A stretch of 52,818 nucleotides of DNA, filler included, from Trypethelium eluteriae (taxonomy: Eukaryota), in NCBI GenBank assembly GCA_051942245.1. It is 2 parts of 2 records of this genome, joined end to end, with 100 filler letters (N's around TTAATTAATTAA, not from the genome) between each part and the next. Parts side by side here need not be neighbours in the genome. Positions count along the whole stretch, not along the records: positions 26,478 to 52,818 come from JAVECL010000355.1; 1 more part is not named here. One strand, written 5' to 3'. Within the stretch, counting starts at the first letter, position 1; every line of letters begins with the position of its first letter. This document shows positions 46,001 to 52,818 of this stretch, one piece after another. A program made the translations under genes and the position numbers. The notes beneath the pieces are model-generated. The model was not told where the DNA came from and searched no databases. It saw only the letters and a program-made list of their open reading frames with translations.

Positions 46001-46783
46001 CGAAGAAGCTTCTTCAAGCGAGTTACGAAGCTCGTTAAGTTCATGCTCGTGCTCGGCTCGTTCATCTTGCATTGCACTGGTCGCTTCCCTTATTTCCTGC
46101 GTCTTCATGGAAAGAGATTCCTTGATCTCTTCGACAATTTGCTCAAGTCGCTGGTTCTTCTCCATGAGCGCCTGTAGACCTTTGTTCTTGGCCGTTGCGT
46201 CTGCCAATAGACGATCAAGCTTTTCTACCTGTTGCCTCGTCTCAGATAGAGCGCCGGAAGTCTCGTCGTGTTCGATCCGAGCTTGATGTAACTCAGCTCT
46301 TGTCTGTTCGAGTGTCTCAGAGAGGTGCCAATGTTTTTGATCACTCTCCTCAAGCATGGATCGGAGGTCCCCCACTGACTTGGAAAGCTCTCCTCTCTCA
46401 TCATCGAGATGATCAATCCTTTCTTCGGCAAATTCGAGAGCTTCTTCATTGCGACGTCTGATTTCCTTGAGCTCTCTCTGGAAATTATCTTCGTCGGACC
46501 ATCGTCCGCGTTCAACGCCTTCCTCACCAGCTGACGGTAAGTCATCAACGTCTTCTACAGAGGAATCTCTTCTAGCTTGTTGTTGTTTGTAGCTTTGCTT
46601 CAGAGCGTCTAGTTCACGAAGGATCTGGGAATGGCCGGTTGTCAATCCACGGGAGCGGCGAAAGATCTGATGACTGAATCCTTCGTTCGCACCCGAGTAT
46701 GAGAGTGAGATCAATTCCTTGATGTGCTCAACCTGATCAGTTAAAGATAGGTCCTTGGAAGGACCGGGGCTAGAACTCTCCAT
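40049..46783 (-). CDS. Giant coiled-coil protein of unknown function, 2244 aa, single ORF
   Basis: 6.7-kb stop-free frame, E/K/Q/L/R-rich heptad character over about 2000 aa, S/P-rich disordered C-terminus. No catalytic motif recognised. Confidence 0.85.
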   Translation of the reverse strand: MESSSPGPSKDLSLTDQVEHIKELISLSYSGANEGFSHQIFRRSRGLTTGHSQILRELDALKQSYKQQQARRDSSVEDVDDLPSAGEEGVERGRWSDEDNFQRELKEIRRRNEEALEFAEERIDHLDDERGELSKSVGDLRSMLEESDQKHWHLSETLEQTRAELHQARIEHDETSGALSETRQQVEKLDRLLADATAKNKGLQALMEKNQRLEQIVEEIKESLSMKTQEIREATSAMQDERAEHEHELNELRNSLEEASSRAKELDKLTQAHGELEKRTQGLESQLHEGQKQMGDQQGTLECITNERDETRVYLEEIKKLADSRNRELKELGERNQEVHTKAQHLEASLLQKDRELLTAKEGIQKLQATHDSEKDSQRRSLKDANESLEKARQDAAEALNASEAVRTELNDLKTLQLEKDGNITTLQEDLRRAHSEYQKQREGLEGNLRELDSQLSKREKEARTARDALEGVRITYIKQSHNLEDTLKEVRSSLSATKQEAEESKAALQATRDELESLRTISETTTAEHAQVISDHATAEENWKKASEETQQSHEFQLSRLRQKHEDETQTMQEKLENARTKHADLESAYTQAKEEHSSAKVQLEHEISEIKNRYEGENQVLQKQLHNECLKQTETENALAETTDELTIVRGQLSDAQESFERQRDGIRSLQDQLKTEQSTLVELENAHNTASNEGADAKQQIENLQEALGTHERDVQDLQTQLKNEQSNSTELQDYYEKVKEERDVLGSRLEDLQTSSDQLRQLHEDQFGQALKDLAAERSKLAAIEKADQVKADRLREAEEQIKHLQHSETKLKEQLETRSDELESEINQSRSKMADLERDREQMLNDLAAERSSVSKADEAHRVASKQLEEKERQLANLEQSFKRSKQELEVRLKDLEHRADESRSKATEAIEAHDKALEDLSTERNRVVDTEKAHETTSQQLQAMRDDYKALHNASSQSLQSMESRVEELESQLKESQSKFAKAESDHQRDVTEAEGLHKQRLNTLDQELANAMSKLVGLEAALEESRHTADIKHQENLTRLNEEASKFSEAERIHSERVQSLERERDESIRQIADVNLNHEDVKKALDSRITQFEKQLEKEKSGFRDAEGAHSRQVASIEQERREAYDQADGLQKMIDEIQQTRRQDLERSNRAAEEERSRAAGIEQSLRQRLKNTEQAHATSLEEAHQETATLQNHLGEAKNMHWRKLQEIQKKHDSELEELRTNWGDSQQRLREAEFSHRSALKDLEDHMAFKLADAESTKRKEMQELKDKHQRQIKDSEQSLRTVETRCAEERKELERIWKREAENVKDMGTRKAEELKADHARRVKEVEESQRVAMRELKDRQAHELSDVQSRKRKELEEARLKHEAAMKAGQESHQSEMTTAKDLHNRLMLEAEVAHKSELASLDNRMTRRIADLEASLVDAKSSHGEILANFQEKHAQQTTETDERHKSTVADLESRLARELADAEVARKELLNSQAEEHAKLVNQLRESHRAHAQDMEEAHERVLQDNRKTATEDLHASEEHHRQVLEEALSNERQVFETKLTDLQDSHRAALVEVVANAQSKSESEVTARAAQHESDLESLRALHSTELSAIQEKLQEALETNKRIFDEKASVLSEMGSLRQQLDNSLIEGERERRMGFNTADEINTLKQRLEEASTYQKNFTRRTEEEMQRVLGAAKSIEEERDTLAAQVATFRLNTEGRTSDDKSAEDSLRKRLLQAKKRESRNFKEQDFLKTQLRALEQQLQQTRSENKEIPSYSRKDTGKTFAVLPPRNNTPTTSNLGEGNADLRQENDELRQHLSDLRLELVRARAAAKAQRQQAIPDQPEISRKATLDALENASGPQKIAKQIKQSAKRHDASPQSFEEYLRRAELELSDLGKAISANETLFAQKIREHVGDLQKAKDHLSGEYTTKYEVMLQERAELEQRLATKQEEDLAQARAELVAQYTDDVETAKGDESSTKIEELTPRRKQALKDADARLVAEHDHEVATKKSQIEIKHEQNVQILSEQFDAQISRLLQDRDNLENDLSVSPSEFEQMSKSFELEVERLSLGSRDRENNAMTRTRIGTAKSVPMTPVKAGSPEAIRRDDKIQTAERSTVQSPVASNGTSTPAQGRKEKFRMIDEPEPSRSFLESPSPARNRVRDGTRAKVIATQRKTSGVLPIPHRIAAAQAASPAQSGPSRTQTASPPLLQSKDGATNSFSRRVVTSPTPSYRPPSSVAARGAAGTPY

Positions 46784-47577
46784 GTTCTACTGTTCCAGGA
46801 AAAAATTGGATGGCTATTGTACTGATGGCAGAGGAGCTTAGTTATCGACGGCGGAGTGCATGACTAGAAACAACAAAGCGCCAGAAAACATTTTCATATA
46901 GCAACAACATCTAGAATCCACCCTTTCGCTAAATTCCAATGATGTTCGGTCATGATGAGAAGTCGTGAGGTGTAATTTACCATTCTTTCTAGAAGCTCCA
47001 CTCAGAATGTCGTCACTAGTTCCCGCTGACAAGTGCCCAGGTGGCAAGCGCTTCCCGGCGCGAATTCCCCATATTTTATTTGCAGTTCACAATGAGTCTT
47101 CTCTGAAACGCTTCAGCGCGAGAGCCTCATCGCGAGAGATTCACGACCAGCAGAGCAATGTCACAACCTGACTGAGTCCTCATTGTAATCGATAAGCTGC
47201 CATTGGGAAAGTTTCGAGGCTGAATCCGGTCCTAAATAACCCCACCAACAACCCTCCGGACCAACCTTCAAACCTGAGGAGTGCCCCGCGCTTGAGACTG
47301 CAAAACACGGCAACCCTGGATCACGCAATCGATCCCGGTACATACTCCGTAGGTGACCGAGGATCATTCTTCGAATCTGTCGTCATTCTAGCAGGCATTG
47401 GAAACGTAAGCGCCAACGGGAGATAATGAAGATGGTGGCGCAGGAGTATTTTTCACTTCATATCTCCATTTGATCCGTTGTATCCTCTCAGAAATACAAC
47501 TTCTCTTCTCGTTTCATCTCAGTCTCAGTTCCTAACGAATTGAAGTCAATTGATACCCGTGGACGATTGTTGTTATT

Positions 47578-48832
47578 ATGGCACCTGCTTTAACAGCTGA
47601 GACACCCCAAGCACCGCATACACTGTCCAGCTTGAGTTCTGCCCCAAAGTCAATATTCCCCGATGGCATTAAGACGTCCGGCCAGATCCCCCCTCTTCAC
47701 GATGAACTGAAACCCTACTCTGACTTTCCCAAAGAAATCACGGGTCCCACAGTGTGGAAAAAGGAAGACTATGAGAACAATCCTGAGCGCTGGACTCACT
47801 CCTTCAGCAAAGAAGAGGTTGAAGAGATGAGCAAGGCGGCGGATGATTTCATCAAGGCTGGAACACCACTGACAGGCATCTCCAAGGACAACTATCTCCT
47901 GCCAACTATGTCACCCTTCTTGAGATCTATGCGCAACGAGTTACTCAACGGCAAAGGCTTCATCCTCTTCAAAGGCTTCCCAGTACAAGCATGGGGCCTT
48001 CACAAGTGTGCCGTAGCCTACATGGGTCTCGGCACATGTCTGGGGTACTTCGTCAGTCAGAACGGCAGGGGTCATGTGCTTGGCCATGTCAAGGACCTAG
48101 GTGAGGATGCCACGGCCATTGACCGCGTTCGAATATACCGTACCAATGCACGTCAATTCTTTCACGCGGACGACAGCGACATTGTGGGATTGCTATGTAT
48201 TGCAAGAGCGCTTGAAGGCGGAGAGTCTGACATCTGCTCCTCGCATCATGTCTTCAATACCCTCCAGCGTGAGCATCCTGATGTAGTAGAGACTCTGACA
48301 ACGCCCAATTGGTACTTCGACCGCAAAGGTGAGACAAGCGTGGGACAGGAGGAGTGGATCAAGACTGCCGTATTCTACAAGGAACGGGGCCAAGACGGAA
48401 GAGTATACACCAAGTAAGTATATGCTCTGTCACCTTTCGAGGCTCAAGTACTAACGAAGCGTGTCTAGATGGGATCCATACTATGTTCGATCGCTCACTC
48501 GCTTCTCGGACAAGGGCATCATTCCGCCCCTCAGCGCCGCGCAAGAGCACGCTGCAGCAGTCTTGGAAGAAACGTGTAACAGACTGGCGCTGCACATGAT
48601 TCTCGAGGTCGGCGACATTCAATTCTTGTCGAACGAGCATGTCTTGCATGCCCGAACAGCCTATAAGGATTACCCTCCACCCTCACCGCGGCGTCATCTC
48701 ATGAGGTTGTGGCTGTCTACGCCGGAGGACGAGGGGGGCTGGATGCTACCTTTCGCTGATAGTCATGAGAAGAAGAGGGGTGGAATTCAGGTCAACGATC
48801 AGAGACCAGTGGCGCCACTTGATGCTGAGTAG
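47578..48832 (+). CDS. TauD/TfdA (clavaminate-synthase-like) Fe(II)/2-oxoglutarate dioxygenase; intron 48414-48468
   Basis: SQNGRGHVLGHVKDLG; HxD in FFHADDSDIVGLLC; distal His in GDIQFLSNEHVLHARTAY; RRHLMRLWL. Confidence 0.9.
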
Positions 48833-48998
48833 GTGACGAGCCCTGTATGACACGAAATGCATTGGGAGGCTTTCTGTGTATCTATACGGTCATGACTCTA
48901 GTTTCAAAATACGTAAGTTGAGTGAGGTGTCCAAATTTGGCATAGCTGCAGAGATGGTCGTAAACATGAGTATGCGGATTCCATCATTCTGTTTATTT

Positions 48999-49736
48999 TC
49001 ACTCTTCGACTTTTTCCCATTCGCTATCAGTGCTCATGTCACCTGACATGCTAGCAACGCTCTTTGGCCGCGTCAGGAGTACTTCATCCTCTGAGGCGCT
49101 GAGTCCACTAGCGCTGGAACCCGTCTGATGTTCTTGCGCCACAGTGGTGGATTGCTGTTGCAATGAATGTGCGTTGTTTGCGTCTGAAGGAGGAATCGCC
49201 CTCTGCATCGGCATGGTCCTCCTCCTCCTCCCTTGCTCTTCCGTCTCTGTCTCCGTATCCGTATCAACACTTGTATGGCGCTTCGAGCGCTCTCGTAGTC
49301 CTTCTATAGGAGTGTTCGCAAGCGCTGATAGGTCCTGACTTCTATCCACCTCCTCATCCCACTCTGCTCCTCCCTCTTCGTCCCCGTCGCTTCCCTTTCC
49401 CCCATCCTTGTCTCTCTCTAGCCGGTCCTTCTCCCTCTTCTTCTGTTCCCGTTGTACCTCTTCACTCGCTTGCAGCTCCCGCGCGAACCAGTTGATGCTC
49501 CACCATAACGCTGCGCTGATGAGACTTAGAGCGAAGAAGTGAACGCTGTAGGTTACTATGAGGAGCGAGAATAGCACCAACTGAAGTGCGCCGAATGTTA
49601 TGTTAGTTGCAATTAAGAGAGTAGGCGTTGCGCCAGGAGTGAAGATAGACGACCAGAGAGCGACCAGGAAGTTCTCGTCCCCTTCGGTAGTGGGGTTATT
49701 GATGCCCGAAGGTGGGGTGGATGCATCGACTGACAT
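48999..49736 (-). CDS. PKR1: ER V-ATPase assembly factor Pkr1
   Basis: LWSSIFTPGATPTLLIATNITFGALQLVLFSLLIVTYSVHFFALSLISAALWWSINWFAREL (Pkr1 two-TM domain) and acidic tail ending STDSEWEKVEE. ATG at 49736. Confidence 0.82.
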   Translation of the reverse strand: MSVDASTPPSGINNPTTEGDENFLVALWSSIFTPGATPTLLIATNITFGALQLVLFSLLIVTYSVHFFALSLISAALWWSINWFARELQASEEVQREQKKREKDRLERDKDGGKGSDGDEEGGAEWDEEVDRSQDLSALANTPIEGLRERSKRHTSVDTDTETETEEQGRRRRTMPMQRAIPPSDANNAHSLQQQSTTVAQEHQTGSSASGLSASEDEVLLTRPKSVASMSGDMSTDSEWEKVEE

Positions 49737-50255
49737 GGTGAGCGTGGTGACCACGCTCAGGAAGGTGGTATTTTTAACGAGCGTCGAAGATGAGCGTGAG
49801 ATCAGTCAAGGATTGTCGAGCGTCGGCGAATAGAAGGGAGCAGATATGCAGACGTTGTACTGAAGACAGGAAAGTCGATTGAGGGATGCCAAAAGATACG
49901 AGGTGGTTGGTCACGAATATGTAAGACGCGAAGGCAGGCAAGTCTTTCTATGTCATTTGGAGCGAGAGTAATTGAAGACGATAGATTTGTAGGGATAGAA
50001 GCGAAAGAGTCAAGACATTTGAGTTAATAGAAGTAGCTCTAAGTTATGCATCAAGCCGTACCTGGCCCGGTTTGAGATACGTCAATCGGCGGTGCAACGC
50101 GCATGACCACGAGCCAATCACCGCGTGATGCGCCGAGCTTCAACTTCTTCAATTTCGCTCACACGCGACAATCGCCTTCCTACTACACCTCCTCTGACGC
50201 ATTCCTCCACAACAAGACACAGATTTCACAGAAGGCCATTCGATTCGTTACCAAC

Positions 50256-50818
50256 ATGAAGCTCGTCAGGTATGTCTCCAAGCCACTCAGAAAGCGTTGC
50301 CCGAGCTGAGCTTTCTCTTCAAGGACCGAATCGACTGACGCATCCCAGATTCTTGATGAAATGTATAAACGAGACAGTCACGATTGAGCTCAAGAATGGT
50401 ATGGAACGTGTTTCTGAGGCATAATATCTTCTAGCTCCTTTAAAGAGCCTGCGGTGTTGCCTCGTTTTCTTAGGTATCGCCTAGCCTAACCTTTCTTCTA
50501 GGCACTATCGTCCACGGCACCATCATGTCGGTGTCACCTCTGATGAATACCGCTCTCCGTGCCGTCAAGATGACACCAAAGGCTCCCGCTGGTCAGACTC
50601 GCGAGACCATCTCTCTTGATACCATCAACATCCGCGGCTCCACCATACGGTACTACATTCTACCGGACAGCTTGCCACTGGATGTTCTGTTAGTCGACGA
50701 TGCACCGAAGCCAAAGAACAAAGCAAAGAAGGAAACTGATCGGGGCCGAGGAGGAAGGGGCGGTCCTAGAGGTCGTGGAAGAGGAAGGGGCCGAGGAAGG
50801 GGTGGAAGGGGTTTCTAG
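50256..50818 (+). CDS. SMD1: Small nuclear ribonucleoprotein Sm D1; exons 50256-50269, 50349-50398, 50502-50818
   Basis: [38 protein letters not shown]...[19 protein letters not shown] and RG-repeat tail. Confidence 0.96.
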
Positions 50819-51592
50819 GTCGTTACATCTATCTTTACTTCCTGCTGGTTATACCATGTGTTTCGCCCATGGAACGCTCCATGTGCCGGATCTGAAGACG
50901 CACATGCTTCGGAGATTCGAGGCGCACATATTTCACCGAACTTCAATCGCTGCGGAAGGGAGACTTCTCATTCTTGCTCTGAAATCGGCTAATCTCCTTC
51001 ATCACGGAATTGGATTGGCTCAAAAGTAGATTGTGGCGAGCGGGTGTAAACTGGATTCTTCCTAGTAAAATTCATTACACGGTATTGGGTGTTCAAAATT
51101 TATCATCATACGAACGGCCGGTGAAATATTGGAGTTCCATGAGACTATTTCCCAATAATTCTCCTTTTTTCCTCAGCACCTTCAGCAGCTGGCATAATTT
51201 CGTACACATCAGTTGCAATGCACAACACCTCCCTCCATCTCACAGGAACCACGTCATCAGACCGTCGTTCTGCCTCCCTATGCATCCATTCACCTGTACA
51301 CAACTGAGATAGTCATCAGGCTATGCTAGGAAGAATCCACCAAGCTTGACAGTCTTGCGCTAAAACCTCTCTCTTCTTCCCTTGACTACATCTAAATCCT
51401 TTTTCAAGAGAAAGTCGTGTCGTGACGGAGTTCCCCAGTATAGCTGCTCGCTGCTCACATAAGTGCAAACGCAACAGACTGGTAAACTTATCTATCCGAA
51501 CCAGCTGTTTACTCCTGTGAGATCTGACACACGCTAGATTAGGCAGAACCTGCACGGATTGTTACACGCGTTCTCTCCTCAAAGCTACACAG

Positions 51593-51696
51593 TCTTGCTA
51601 CCTACAAACTCCTGCTACCTACAAGCTCTTGCTTCCTATAGGCTCTTGCTACCTACAGCTCCTGCTACCTACAAGCTCTTGCTACCTACAAGCTCT
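51593..51696. repeat. Minisatellite: about 6 tandem copies of a 17-bp unit (TCYTGCTACCTACAAGC)
   Basis: Units read directly: tcttgctacctacaaac / tcctgctacctacaagc / tcttgcttcctataggc / tcttgctacctacagc / tcctgctacctacaagc / tcttgctacctacaagc / tct. Confidence 0.92.
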
Positions 51697-51788
51697 CCGC
51701 ACAACTTCACCTATTGACTTCATTTGCTCTGACATTCTCTGGCTACCACACCACTTTCGCTCTAACTTGACCATCAAGAGCATCCATA

Positions 51789-52818
51789 ATGCCTCTTCCC
51801 AGCTTTACTGAGAAGGAGATAAGCTCCTTGGAGCGGCATTCAACTGTTTTGACGTCGAGCCCAAAGTAAGATCGAGTTTCGTCGAGAGTTTTACATCGAT
51901 CCATTATGAACATCATCTCTCCTGTGCTCACGGCTCGATTGAAATACTTCTCATGTTCAGAGTCTGTGTTTCAGCCACCATTATTGATCTGAGCACTGCC
52001 AAGACATCTTCAGCAGCGTGGAAAATACTGCTAATCGATCTTGACTTGGCACTGCTCTGCACAGAGGTCCCAGTCTCTGCGAGCCAGAGGCAGCAAAATT
52101 GCCCACCTCTTGCATCACCTTTTGGTGTCTTCAGTATCGGTACACGGCCTTGCAAATGCAAGAATCTCTGCAGCATACTGTGCCAGTTTCGTCGCGCCAT
52201 ATTTGTGGCCCATACCCTCTTGCGGGTCGCAATATCATCGCGCTCCTTTGCCATCATGGACACCAGACCACGCCAAGTCCACCTCGCCTTGATTCCTCCC
52301 CAAAACGCATTTTACCATTTCCCGACCGAGGAGGCCCCCAGCTCTATTTTTCCTCCCCCCTGGCTAAACCACGCTCCCACCTTAGGTCGACTACCAAAAG
52401 CTCGCCGTCTATGGCAATTTCAAGAGCTCCGGCTCAGCCACTGCGGCCTGGAACCGCATTAAGAAGAAGGTCACTGCCGTCTATGATATCGAGGAGACTG
52501 ACAACAACAATATCAGCCCTGCGCCTGGCCCGGCGACCAACGCCGGCGATGGCCAGGCTGGCAGCGATGATGATGAAGATGACGAGGACGTTGAGGACGA
52601 GACGAAGACCAAGGGAGAAGCCACGACTAAGGCGAGGGGCGGCGGCGGCAAGAAGGCTGGCGGTCGTGGTGGTATTGCTGCCGCCGCTTTTGCTCCTCGT
52701 CATTCTCCTCGTCTAGCTACTTCTGGTGCCAAGAGCGGGCCAAGCTTGGCGACGGGCGCGAATGCCGTCACGATGGGGGAAGGGCGTTCATTCCCCAGCA
52801 AGCCCGAAGTCGAGCAGA
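51789..52818 (+). pseudogene. Small fungal Myb-like/helix-turn-helix protein gene with an apparent 1-nt frameshift in exon 1 (pseudogene or sequencing error); exon 1 51789-51865, exon 2 52386 to beyond window end
   Basis: MPLPSFTEKE, then a shifted frame KLLGAAFNCFDVEPK|GTAAG. After TTAG at 52385 comes VDYQKLAVYGNFKSSGSATAAWNRIKKKV and an acidic/Gly-Lys tail, open to the window end. Exon 1 is 77 nt where 78 are needed. Confidence 0.6.

Noticed and set aside
47578..48832. TauD dioxygenase as part of a secondary-metabolite cluster
   Set aside because: Neighbours are housekeeping genes (PKR1, SMD1); there is no PKS, NRPS or terpene synthase in the window.
51593..51696. Repeat array as a CRISPR-like locus
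   Set aside because: Units are directly adjacent with no unique spacers, the context is eukaryotic and there are no cas genes.
51953..52716. ORF-track ORFs of 169 and 205 aa near the window end
   Set aside because: They lie in the inferred intron or in the wrong frame of the Myb-like exon 2; the translations are not protein-like.

Overview
Gene-dense window from a filamentous ascomycete (Pezizomycotina-type genes with short GT-AG introns and CTRAC branch points). It holds about 19 protein-coding loci. Conserved housekeeping genes: aconitase 3' end, PHO84-like phosphate transporter, NOP9, TIP20/RINT-1, SMC6, PKR1 and SmD1. Secreted or cell-surface genes: a CBM1 protein, a GH74 xyloglucanase, a Cu-only GPI-anchored SOD and a giant Ser/Thr-rich wall protein. 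Other loci: a PAF-acetylhydrolase and a PLP decarboxylase both cut by an artificial 100-bp scaffold linker, a TauD-type dioxygenase, a 2244-aa coiled-coil protein and a frameshifted Myb-like gene. The standout is an intronless block at 3.0-8.9 kb. There a TPR-CHAT caspase-like protease with an intact His/Cys dyad sits head-to-head, 232 bp apart, with a 280-aa protein that has the motif layout of fungal gasdermins (RCD-1/HET-Q1 family) and an acidic C-terminal tail. This is a candidate protease-activated gasdermin cell-death/immunity module, with an APH-family kinase next to it. All assignments come from reading motifs and splice sites by eye; no database searches were run.
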